NCBI RefSeq assembly: GCF_004010195.1
Contig: NC_057719.1
Location: 53,998,582 to 54,033,013 of the forward strand
Direction: 5' to 3'
DNA length: 34,432 nucleotides
From: Chiloscyllium plagiosum
Lineage: Eukaryota
Shown: in pieces, positions 1-10,120 of the stretch
Numbering within the stretch: position 1 is the first letter of the stretch
Layout of the letters: each line of letters begins with the position of its first letter
Made by a program: the position numbers and the translations under genes
The notes under the pieces: model-generated
What the model saw: the letters and a program-made list of their open reading frames with translations, nothing else
Database searches by the model: none
Told to the model about the DNA's origin: nothing

Positions 1-82
1 GGATGCTGCCTGACCTGCTGCGCTTTTCCAGCAACACATTTTCAGCTCTGATCTCCAGCATCTGCAGTCCTCACTTTCTCCT
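1..82 (+). mobile_element. Right part (long arm + tail) of a short palindromic Penelope-derived insertion, cut by the window edge
   Basis: Near-identical to the reverse complement of 26151-26232 and homologous to 1203-1283; ends in the same tail ATCTCCAGCATCTGCAGTCCTCACTTTCTCCT, then CR1 ORF2 sequence begins. Confidence 0.85.
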
Positions 83-1069
83 AGGTGTGATTGAGGTTCA
101 CAAGGAAGAGGTATTAGAAATCCTGCAGAGTGTGAAAATAGATAAGTCCCCTGGGCCAGATGGGATTTATTCTCAGATCATCTGGGAAGCCAGGGAGGAG
201 ATTGCTGAGCCTTTGGCATTGATCTTTAAATCGTCATTGTCTACAGGAATAGTGCCAGAAGACTGGAGGATAGCAAATGTGGTTCCCCTGTTCAAGAAGG
301 GGAGTAGAGACAACCCTGGTAATTATAGACCAGTGATCCTTACTTCAGTTGTTGGTAAAGTGTTGGAAAAGGTTATAAGAGATAGGATTTATAATCATCT
401 AGAAAAGAATAATTTGATTAGGGATAGTCAGCATGGTTTTGTGAAGGGTAAGTCGTGCCTCACAAACCTTATAGAGTTCTTTGAAAAGGTGACCAAACAG
501 GTAGATGAGAGTAAACCGGTTGATGTGGTATATATGGATTTCAGCAAGGCATTCGATAAGATTCCCTACAGTAGGCTATTGTACAAAAATGTGGAAGAAT
601 GGGATTGTGGGAGACATAGCAGTTTGGATCAGTAACTGGCTTGCTGAAAGAAGACAGAGGGTGGTGGTTGATGGGAAATGTTCATCCTGGAGTCCAGTTA
701 CTAGTGGTGTACCGCATGGGTCGATGTTGGGTCCGTTGCTGTTCGTCATTTTTATAAATGACCTGGATGAGGGCGTAGAAGGGTGGGTTAGTAAATTTGC
801 AGACCACACTAAGGTTGGTGGAGTTGTGGATAGTGATGAAGGATGTTGTAGGTTACAGAGAGACATAGACAAGCTGCAGAGCTGGGCTGAGAGGTGGCAA
901 ATGGAGTTTAATGTGGACAAGTGTGAGGTGATTCACTTTGATCGGAGTAACCAGAATGCAAAGTGCTTGGCTAATGGTAAGATTCTCGGTAGTGTAGATG
1001 AGCAGAGAGATCTCAGTGTCCATTTACACAGATCTATGAAAGTTGCCGTCCAGGTTGACAGGGTTGTTA

Positions 1070-1283
1070 GTTGAAACTTTATTGCTGGAACAGCACAGCA
1101 GGTCAGGCAGCATCCAGGGAACAGGAGATTCGACGTTTCGGGCACAGGCCCTTCTTTCCTGAAGAAGGGCCTGTGCCCGAAACGTCGAATCTCCTGTTCC
1201 CTGGATGCTGCCTGACCTGCTGTGCTGTTCCAGCAATAAAGTTTCAACTTTGATCTCCAGCATCTGCAGACCTCACTTTCTCC
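1070..1283 (+). mobile_element. Short palindromic non-autonomous Penelope-like insertion with hammerhead motif
   Basis: Perfect 88-bp inverted arms 1069-1156 / 1162-1249, 34-nt tail 1250-1283, 14-bp duplication TGACAGGGTTGTTA at 1056-1069 and 1284-1297 that restores the CR1 sequence when the insert is removed. Confidence 0.9.
1156..1189 (+). ncRNA. Minimal type I hammerhead ribozyme motif
   Basis: CTGAAGA (1159-1165), extra A, stem II GGGC-ctgt-GCCC, GAAA (1179-1182), then CGTC giving a GUC triplet with predicted cut after 1186; short stem I TTC/GAA; loopless palindromic ACGT stem III. Confidence 0.75.
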
Positions 1284-2432
1284 TGACAGGGTTGTTAAGA
1301 AGGCATACAGTGTTTTAGCTTTTATTAATACAGGGATTGAGTTCCAGAACCATGAGGTTATGCTACAGCTGTACAAAACTCTGGTGCGGCCACACTTGGC
1401 ATATTGTGTACAGTTCTGGTCACCGCTGGTATGGAGGGAAGGTCTTATGAGGGAAGGCTGAGGGACTTGAGGCTGTTTTTGTTGGAGAGAAGAAGGTTGA
1501 GAGGTGACTTAATAGAGACATATAAGATAATCAGAGGGTTAGATAGGGTGGACAGGGAGACCCTTTCTCCAAGTATGGTGACGGCGAGCACGAGGGGGCA
1601 TTGCTTTAAATTGAGGGGTGATAGATGTCAGAGGTAGTTTGTTTACTCAGAGAGTAGTAAGGGTATGGAATGCTTTGCCTGCAACAGTAGTATATTTGCC
1701 AACTTTAAGTACATTTAAGTCGTCATTGGACAAGCATATGGACATACATGGAATAGTGTAGGTTAGATGGACTTCAGATTGGTATGACAGGTCGGTGCAA
1801 CATCGAGGGCCGAAGGGCCTGTACTGCGCGGTACTGTTCTATGTTCTATGTTCTATCACTTCTTCTGAAGCAGTGATTGATTATTGCTGGGAAACCAATT
1901 CAAGATCCTTCAATCTGTCAAAACATTATGCAAATCCTCATTTGACAATCTGAACAGAATGTACTGGCAGACTACTGGGCAATGTAAGATCTGTTACTAT
2001 TCTTGCGAAGAATTAGTGAGCTTGCTACAGACCAAATATCAAGTCTGAAGCCATTCTGCATCATTCAATGCAACACTGTTTCCAGCAATATCCCACAGTG
2101 GCATTGGGCATCTTGCAGAAAAATTGTTTAATTATTTTTAAAAAGCAACTACACGATGGGTCATGCAAAGTCCAAAAGCAGTTACTTTACAGGAAACTCA
2201 TCCAAAATAACAGCCAAGCTGAATGGCTTTGGGTACTTCAGTAAAATTGATCTAATTGAGCTTCTGGGCATATAACAGAAGCTGATCAGTTCCACTGTTA
2301 TGGGCCACTGCTTCAGGAACTCAAATTCAAGCTGAATAATTTTATGGGCACAAGCTTGAAGAATTTTTTAAAAAACTCATTTCCCAAAAAGCCATAAACT
2401 ACATGCAGCTTGCAATCACTGACAAATCATTT

Positions 2433-2765
2433 CATAGAAACATTGTAGGATCCCTGAGAGTATGGAAGCAGGCTATTCAGCCCATTGAATTCACACCAAC
2501 TCTCCAAAGAACTTAAGACCTAGACCCACCCCCATAACGTTGCATGTCTTATGGCTAATCCACCTAACCTACATATTTCTGGACACTATGAGAAATTGAG
2601 CATGGCCAATCCATTTAACCTACATATCTTTGGACTGTGGGAGCAAACTAGAACACACCCACACAGAGAGTGTGTAAACTTCACACAGTCACCCGAAGGT
2701 AGATTGAACTCAGGTCCCTGGTGCTGTGAGGTAGCAGTGCTAACCACTGAGCCACTGTATCACCC
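2433..2765 (-). mobile_element. tRNA-derived V-SINE, HE1-like
   Basis: Minus strand starts GGGTGATACAGTGGCTCAGTGGTTAGCACTGCT; box A at 2744-2754, box B-like GAGTTCAATC at 2702-2711; 3' end resembles CR1 3' UTRs; internal duplicated ATGGCYAATCCAYYTAACCTACATAT. Confidence 0.85.
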
Positions 2766-4049
2766 ATTTATCTGCAAATTTATAAAGGTTATGTCAAGGG
2801 CAAGCAAAGTTTGTTTATCTATTGTTTTATTGGTTTAGAGTTACTCATTAATATCTGAACAAAACATTTAGGTTGATTGAAGTGAAGCTCAACTAATTCT
2901 CTATGCAAAACTGAACACAAAATTGGTATCATCAACACAAATGATGATCTGATGAAACCTCCCCCTGGTTTTCTACCACATCTGTTAATCAGTAAGTTTC
3001 AGATTTGTTACCGAGAGAGGATGGTGTTGGAATAATGTAGTATATTATTCAATGGGGAAACAAATTGTAACACTTGAGACTGGAAGCCCTGTAATAACTG
3101 GTTGCTAAAGTGTCAAGAAAGTGAGCTGTGAATAGCTGACATACTGCGAAGAGCAGATATGCTCTGAGCCTAAAATCCTCTTGAAGATTAACTTACACAT
3201 CATCTGCATCTTTACAGCCACTAATACAATAGAATTGAGACAATGCTGGATCTCTAGTATTAATCAGTACGACAGAATCTCTCAAATATTCTGACGTTTT
3301 TGGCAGAAATATGTTGCATCCGCAATTCAGTTTGAACAAGACCAAGCGTTGCCTGGAGTCTTCATTAACAAATGGATAAACAGTATCCGCACACCTGAGC
3401 TCTGTAATTACTGCAGTGAAATGAGCTCGCACTTCACATTTGCTATGCAACCCACTATCACAAAATGTGCTGCTTATTGCATTAAACAGCTCCCTCTTGC
3501 ATAGTGCTTTAATTAAAATCACTTCACATAAGATCATTTATTTTTAGAGATATCATCCATCTGTGAAGACTTCAGGATCCAAATTATTGAACTCATCTAA
3601 TAAACACCTCAAATATAGATTTAAAAAACACACAGGCAAACATGGCAAAGAATTAATCAAGACACAACAGTCTTCCTTTCAAATTCATTTCACTTCAAAT
3701 CCAGGGAGAAGTTTATGTAAGTGCAGATATAAATTTGATGTTTCTCCACCATGTTGATTTGCTGTCTGCAATCATTAAAATCTAACTATTTAGGTGTCAA
3801 AATTACTTTAAAATTGCAGATGCCGGAGGAAATGCATTATTGTATTGTGAAATCTGATATTTGCAAGTTATAACAAAATAGTTGAACAAATGTTCAGTAG
3901 TATCTCTATTACATGCACTTCAAATGAACACTTCTTTACTCATTAATAATTCTCTATAGGCTGATGTTAAGCAAATAATTGTACCAGAATTCCTTTACCC
4001 AAAAGGTCTTGTTTCAAACTTCTCTTTTAAAACCTACAATGATCCCAAA

Positions 4050-4862
4050 TTATCAAAATTAATCCTAGCAAAACAGAAGAGGAAGAGAAAATTGTCAGTC
4101 TATTGAAGTAACGATGTCTTGTATTCTTTGAACCAGTTTTGTACATCTGTTCTGGATCACTTATGAAGTCTTCACATCCTTCCTTGAAATATGGCTCTCG
4201 AGAATTCACATAATAATCCAATAGAAGTTAAACTAATGCTTCACAAATGTTCATCATAACACCTCAGCTTTCATAATAAAAGCAAAAATACTAAGGATAC
4301 TGGAAATTTGAAATAAACACAGAAGATGGTGGAGAACCTCAACTAAGTTCAGAGTCTTACTGGATTTGAAATATTGACTCGGTTTCCCTCTCCACAGATG
4401 CTGCCAGAGCTGTTATCTTTGTTTCATACATTATGTCTTTATTTATAAAGATAAAGAAGCCATATTCCTTTGGAAATATTTTCCCAACCAGACGTGCTAA
4501 CACTAACAATTTGTATACATATATTCTTTAGTTTATATTATCTCTCCTCAATCATGCTATCAACGTGCATAGCCTTACATTTTTCTGCAGCAACTTTCAT
4601 CAGCAATATCTGTCCGTTTCAGCTGCCTATCTCCTGCCTCGAGAGGTATATCATGTTCCTCCTCTTGTTCATAATCCATTCAGGTTTCATGAGTTTTACA
4701 AACTTTGAAATTGTGCCCTGCACAGACAGAACTAAATCATTTGTAAATATCAAGAAAAACATTAGAACCAATATCGCTGTCTCATTGTATGTTGTCCACT
4801 GTTTTGATAAACAATCATTCACCGTTAATCTCTGTTTTCTATACCACTGTATTATTTACATT
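4050..4862 (-). mobile_element. Ancient CR1 LINE, 3' RT segment (piece 1 of a split element)
   Basis: ORF 4619-4822 reads ILVLMFFLIFTNDLVLSVQGTISKF, a decayed VLGPLLFLIYINDLD-GVQGTISKFADD; boundaries approximate. Confidence 0.7.
4275..4420. mobile_element. Decayed fragment of a related Penelope-terminus short repeat inserted in the old CR1
   Basis: Contains TTTCCCTCTCCACAGATGCTGCCAGAGCTG, related to the GATGCTGCCTGACCTG arm of the hairpin elements and complementary to 26572-26601; TTTCATA occurs on both sides. Confidence 0.5.
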
Positions 4863-4946
4863 AGGGGCTAGTGAGTTTTGAGACGATTTGTAGCTGAGGT
4901 TGACATTCTGGATGCAAGTTTGCTCACTGAGCTGGCAGATTCATTT

Positions 4947-4986
4947 TCAGATGTTTTGTCGTCATACTAGGTAACATCATCAGTGA
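4947..4986 (-). ncRNA. Decayed type I hammerhead motif in the PLE 3' terminus
   Basis: Minus strand TCA-CTGATGA-T-GTTACC tagtat GACGAC-AAAACATC-TGA: intact CUGAUGA, stem I TCA/TGA, GAAACGTC altered to AAAACATC by two changes consistent with CpG decay. Confidence 0.6.
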
Positions 4987-5273
4987 CCCTTCAGTGAAGC
5001 ACTGGTGTTAGTGACCCATTGTCTATTTATATGTTTAGGTTTCCTTGGGTTGATGATGTCATTTCTTTGTGTGATGTCAGTTCCTGTTCTTTTTCTCAGA
5101 GGTTGCTAAATGGGGTCCAAGTCGATGTGTTTGTTGATAGAGTTCCAGTTAGAATGCCATGCTTCGAGGAATTCTCGTGCGTGCCTCTGTTTGCTTTTCC
5201 TCGGATGGATGTTTTGTCCTAGTCGAAGTGGTGTCCTTTCTCATTTGTATGTAAGGGTACTAGTGACAGTGGG

Positions 5274-5315
5274 ATGCTGCCTGACCTGTTGCACTTTTCC
5301 AGCAACACATTTTCA
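5274..5315. mobile_element. 42-bp remnant of the hairpin element arm, inserted in the PLE
   Basis: ATGCTGCCTGACCTGTTGCACTTTTCCAGCAACACATTTTCA matches 3-44; flanked by a 17-bp direct repeat GTACTAGTGACAGTGGG (5257-5273, 5316-5332). Confidence 0.85.
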
Positions 5316-6029
5316 GTACTAGTGACAGTGGGTCCTGTCTTTTTGTGGCTAGTTGGTGTTCATGTATCCTGGTGGCTAGATTTCTACCTGTTTGTCCAAT
5401 GTAGTGTTTGTTACAGTTCTTGCTAGTTATTTTGTAAATGTCTTTAGTTTTGCTTGTTGTCTGTATAGGGTCTTTCAAGTTCATTAGCTGGTGTTTTAGT
5501 GTGTTGGTGGGTTACCATGATGTCAGGAGGTCTGCGTAGTCTGGCAGTCATTTCTGAAATGTCTTTGATGTAGGAGAGGGTGGCTAGGGTTTCTGGGTGC
5601 ATTTTGTCTGCTTGTTTGGGTTTGATGCTGAGAAATTGGTGGACTGTGTTCAATGGGGACCCATTCTTTTTGAATAGGCTGTATAGGTGATTTTCCTCTG
5701 CTCTTTATAATTCCTGTATGCTGCAGTGTGTGGTGGTTCTTTGAAATAATGTTCAAATGCAGCTTTGTTTGTGAGTGTTGGGATGATTGCTTCTATGGTT
5801 CAGTATTTGGTCCATATGTGTTGTTTTCCTGTAGACACTGGTTTGAAGTTCTCCATTGGTTGTTCTCTCTACTGTGACACCTAGGAATTGCAGTTTGTTG
5901 TTGTTGTTTTCTTCCTCTTTTGTGAATCTTATGCCAGTAAGGATATTATCGATGGTCTCGAAGGTTTCCTGTAATTCATTTCATTTAGTGATGACAAAGA
6001 TGTCATCCACGTAGTGGAGACTCTAAGAG

Positions 6030-6131
6030 TCTCAATACCCTCATAAATGCCTTTTGGAAGTCAATATGCAATACTCAACAAGATTGTCCTCAGCAATCCT
6101 TCCTTTTGCCTGATCAAGAAAAAAATCTCAA
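6030..6131 (-). mobile_element. Ancient CR1 RT segment (piece 2 of the split element)
   Basis: Minus strand ATTGACTTCCAAAAGGCATTT = IDFQKAF, preceded by a decayed IEFF..V..D segment. Confidence 0.65.
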
Positions 6132-6370
6132 TGAGTATAGGAATTGGGAAGTCATGTTAAGGTTGTACAGGACATTGGTGATGCCTCTTCTGGAATACGG
6201 TGCCCAGTTCTGGTTTCCCAGTTATAGGAGGGCTCAGAAGAGATTTACCAGGATGTTACCAGATATAGAAAGTTTGAGTTAAAAAACAGGTGAGAGAAGC
6301 TGAGATTTTTTTCACAGGAGCATAGAAGGTTGAGGGGTGACCATGTAGAGGTGCATTAAATCATACGGGA
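6131..6370 (+). mobile_element. Old 5'-truncated CR1, left part (continues at 10121)
   Basis: EYRNWEVMLRLYRTLVMPLLEYGAQFWFP ... RRLRGD homology; breaks off at the KIMRG position. Confidence 0.85.
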
Positions 6371-6950
6371 TTCTGGGTAATCCAAGATGGAAAACAGGAA
6401 AAATTTCTGGCTGCAACAGCTGCTCCTTTTTTGAGGTATTTTAGGTGTTGGAGGTAATTTCCTCACATTCCAGGATCAGCAATTACTGTTTTATATGCTG
6501 TTGCATTGTTTTGGAACTTTGGAAAAAAAAGTCTAAATAAAACCAGTTTTAAAAGGGAGAAGAGCAGACAAAGGAACCACATGGTGAGGTCAGTGCAACA
6601 GAGAGAGAGAAAGAAACTGACACCACAGTGAACCTGAACAGTTACTGCCTTTGCTGTTTGAATTCATGTATCGCTGGACATCGGAGTGTGTCTGGGAAAA
6701 TGAACAAACAGTGAAATTCACAACTGATCTTGGAGGAAGTGTTGGGTGAGGTTCACAGCACAGAAACAGAAAGGTGAATTGTTTTAAGTGAGTGGGTTCT
6801 TTCTTGATTATATGTTTTTTGAGATATGTCTCTTGATTAAACTTAAAATATAAGCAATAACTACTAATTTAACCTGGGGCAATGTTTTGTAAAGGAATAA
6901 GATGGTGTTATTTTCTCGGTCTGTAGATTGTGAAGGAGCAAAAATGGTCT

Positions 6951-7272
6951 TTAGTAGAGTAATATGAGCTTCTTGCCAGATGTGGGAGTTTAAAGATAGT
7001 TTTAAGGGTTACTGTGGATTATATCTGTAATAAATGCTGTTGGTTGTGAATTCTATCAGATCGAATGGATCAGTTGGAGAGATAGTTAGAGGCAATGAGG
7101 AATTTGCAACATTAGTAGAGTAATATGAGCTTCTTGCCAGATGTGGGAGTTTAAAGATAGTTTTAAGGGTTACTGTGGATTATATCTGTAATAAATGCTG
7201 TTGGTTGTGAATCCTATCAGATCGAATGGATCAGTTGGAGAGATAGTTAGAGGCAATGAGGAATTTACAACA
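6951..7272 (+). repeat. 161-bp tandem duplication (2 copies) of the ORF1 zinc-finger region
   Basis: 6951-7111 vs 7112-7272; two mismatches seen by eye. Confidence 0.9.
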
Positions 7273-8653
7273 GCAACAGTATGTGATGGATGGCAGTTAT
7301 AGGAAGGGGAAAAAGTCACAGATACAGTCACATAAATGGGTTAACTCCAGGAAGGGTAAGAAAGGTAGGCACCTAGTGCAGGAGTCTTTTGTGGCTATAC
7401 CCATTTCAAACAAGTATGCTGTTTGGAAAATGTAGGGGGTGATAGATTCTCAGGGGAACATAGCACAAAGATCCAAGTTTCTGGTATTGAGACTGGCTCT
7501 AATGCAATGAGGGGTATGTCGGATTCCAAGAAATCTATTGTGTCAGAGGACTTTCTAGTCCGAGGTACAGATAGATGTTTCTGTGGCCAGTAGCAAAAAA
7601 TCAGAATGGTGTGTTGCTTCCCTGGTGCCAGGATCAAGGATGTCTCAGAGAGGGTGTAGAATGTTCTCAAGGAGGAGAGGGGCCAGCAAGAGGCCAGCAA
7701 GATTCTGAAGGGAGATTACAGAGAGTTAGGCAGAAATTTAAAAAGGAGGTCCTCAAGAGTAGCAATATCTGGATTACTCAAAGTAACTTGAGCTACTGAG
7801 GGCAGGAATAGGCGGATAGTTCAGATGAACGCATGGCTGAGGAGCTGATATATGGGCAAAGGATTCACATTTTTGGATCATTGGAATTTCTTTTGGGGTA
7901 AAAGCGGCCTGTACAAGAAGGACGGATTGGAAGGGGACTAATGTACTGGCAGGGAAATTTGCTCAAGCTGCTCGGGAGGATTTAAACTAGTAAGGTGGAG
8001 GGTGGGATCCAGGGAGATAGTGAGGAAAGAGATCGATCTGAGACTGGTACGGTTGAGAACAGAAGTGAGTCAGTCAGGGCAGGCAGGGACAAGGTCGGAC
8101 TAATAAATTAAACTGCATTTATTTCAATGCAAGGGGCGTAACAGGGAAGGCAGATGAACTCAGGGCATGGTTAGGAACATGGGACTGGGGTATCATAGCA
8201 ATTACAGAACCATGGCTCAGGGATGGTCAGGACTGGCAGCTTAACGTTCCAGGATGCAAATGCTACAGGAAGGATAGAAAGGGAGGCAAGAGAGGAGAGG
8301 GAGTGGCGATTTTGGGAAGGGATTGCATTGAAGTCATATTGAGGGAGGATATTCCTGAAAATACATCCAGGGAAGTTATTTGGGTGGAACTGAGAAATAA
8401 GAAAAGGATGCTCACCTTATGGGCATTGTGTTATATACTCCCTAATAGTCAGGGGGAAAATGAGAAACAAACTTGTAAGGAGATCTCAACTATCTGTAAG
8501 AATAATAGGATGGTTATGGTAGGGGATTTTAACTTTCCAAAGATCGACTGGGACTACCATAGTATTAAGGGTTTAGATGGAAAGAAATTTGTTAAGTGTG
8601 TATGAGAAAATTTTCTGATTTAGTATGTGGATGTACCTACTAGAGAAGATGCA

Positions 8654-9153
8654 NNNNNNNNNNNNNNNNNNNNNNNNNNNNNNNNNNNNNNNNNNNNNNN
8701 NNNNNNNNNNNNNNNNNNNNNNNNNNNNNNNNNNNNNNNNNNNNNNNNNNNNNNNNNNNNNNNNNNNNNNNNNNNNNNNNNNNNNNNNNNNNNNNNNNNN
8801 NNNNNNNNNNNNNNNNNNNNNNNNNNNNNNNNNNNNNNNNNNNNNNNNNNNNNNNNNNNNNNNNNNNNNNNNNNNNNNNNNNNNNNNNNNNNNNNNNNNN
8901 NNNNNNNNNNNNNNNNNNNNNNNNNNNNNNNNNNNNNNNNNNNNNNNNNNNNNNNNNNNNNNNNNNNNNNNNNNNNNNNNNNNNNNNNNNNNNNNNNNNN
9001 NNNNNNNNNNNNNNNNNNNNNNNNNNNNNNNNNNNNNNNNNNNNNNNNNNNNNNNNNNNNNNNNNNNNNNNNNNNNNNNNNNNNNNNNNNNNNNNNNNNN
9101 NNNNNNNNNNNNNNNNNNNNNNNNNNNNNNNNNNNNNNNNNNNNNNNNNNNNN
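8654..9153. other. Assembly gap, exactly 500 N
   Basis: Run of N between CR1 APE and RT sequence. Confidence 1.
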
Positions 9154-9898
9154 TTTTTTAAATGATTTGGATGCAAGCATAAGAGGTATAGTTAGTAAGT
9201 TTGCAGATGACACCAAATTTGGAGCTGTGGTGGACAGCGAAGAAGGTTACCTCAGATTACAACGGGATCTTGATCAGATGGGCCAATGGGCTGAGAAGTG
9301 GCAGATGGAGTTTAATTCTGATAAATACGAGGTGCTGCATTTTGGGAAAGCAAATCTTTGCAGGACTTATACACTTAATGGTAAGGTCCTAGGAAGAGTT
9401 ACTGAACAAAGAGACCTTGGAACACCGGTTCATAGCTTCTTGAAAGTGGAGTCGGAGGTAGATAGGATAGTGAAGAAGGTGTTTGGTATACTTTCCTTTA
9501 TTCGTCAGAGTACTGAGTACAGGAGTTGGGCGGTCATGTTGCGGCTGTACAGGTCATTGGTTAGGCCATTGTTGGAGTATTGTATGCAATTCTGGTCTAC
9601 TTCCTATTGGAAAGATGTTGTGAAACTTGAAAGGATTCAGAAAAGATTTACAAGGATGTTGCCAGGATTGGACGATTTGAGCTACAGTGAGAGGCTGAAC
9701 AGGCTGGGGCTGTTTTTCCTGGAGTGTCAGAGGCTGAGGGGTGACCTCATAGTGGTTTACAAAATTATGAGGAGCATGGATAGGATAAATGGGCAAAGTC
9801 TTTTCCCTGGGGTCGGGGAGTCCCGAACTAGAAGGCATAAGTTTAGGGTGAGAGGGGAAAGATATAAAAGAGACCTAAGTGGCAACATTTTCACATAG
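9154..9898 (+). pseudogene. CR1 ORF2 RT C-terminal open segment
   Basis: LNDLD..VSKFADDTK..WQMEFN..RPLLEYCMQFWS..RLRGDLI; premature stop at 9898. Confidence 0.9.
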
Positions 9899-10120
9899 TG
9901 GGTGGTATGTGTATGGAATGAGCTGCCAGAGGAAGTGGTGGAGGCTGGTACAATTGCAACATTTAAGAGGCATTTGGATGGGTATATGAATAGGAAGAGT
10001 TTTGAGGGATATGGGCCAGGTGCTGGCAGGTGGGAGTAGATTGGGTTGGGATATCTGGTCGGCATGGACGGGTTGGACTGAAGGGTTTTTTTCCATGCTG
10101 TAGATCTCTATGACTCTATG

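Larger units (their letters stand above)
83..1856 (+). mobile_element. CR1 LINE, 3' part of ORF2 (RT) + 3' UTR; frameshifted, interrupted at 1070-1283, with internal deletions
   Basis: KSPGPDGI, NYRPV-LTS, SQHGF, YMDFSKAFD, GVPHGSMLGP, SKFADHTK motifs in ORFs 3-635 and 505-1074; frameshift near 585; ends with (GTTCTAT)n at about 1835-1856. Confidence 0.95.
4868..6018 (-). mobile_element. Penelope-like element (PLE), 5'-truncated: RT C-terminal half + GIY-YIG endonuclease + 3' terminus; degraded
   Basis: Minus strand HYVDDIFVI (YVDD at 6002-6013); IYKITSKNCNKHYIGQTGRNLATRIHEH GIY-YIG motif in ORF 5260-5484; TLSYIKDISEMTARL linker; hammerhead-like motif near the 3' end. Confidence 0.9.
6371..10120 (+). 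mobile_element. Near full-length CR1 LINE (5' UTR, ORF1, ORF2, 3' UTR), degraded, spanning a scaffold gap
   Basis: ORF1 relic from about 6944 (SCQMWEF..YICNKC zinc finger; VRGTDRCFCG..MVCCFPGARIKDV esterase); APE relic CIYFNARG..IIAITEPWL..VGDFNFP; RT SKFADDTK..RPLLEYC after the gap; tail CTCTATGACTCTATG. Confidence 0.9.

Noticed and set aside
3..635. 210-aa ORF as a novel fusion protein
   Set aside because: The first 27 codons are hairpin-element tail read in frame into a frameshifted CR1 ORF2; the start is CTG at the window edge.
1069..1249. DNA-transposon MITE or bona fide miRNA gene
   Set aside because: The asymmetric tail, variable 12-17 bp duplications and hammerhead core fit a Penelope-type retroelement; no expression data support a miRNA.
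933..1376. ORFs on both strands sharing the peptide KLYCWNSTAGQAASREQEIRRFGHRPFF (also 26194-26403, 26018-26230)
   Set aside because: Identical peptides arise because the DNA is a palindrome; they are translations of a non-coding repeat.
4470..4871. 133-aa hydrophobic ORF as a membrane protein
   Set aside because: It is the antisense strand of a decayed CR1 RT in T-rich DNA.
6951..7272. CRISPR-like or other repeat-spacer array
   Set aside because: Only two abutting copies with no spacers, in eukaryotic TE sequence; no cas-like ORFs.
8620..9216. Long ORFs through the N run
   Set aside because: Artefacts of translating the gap.
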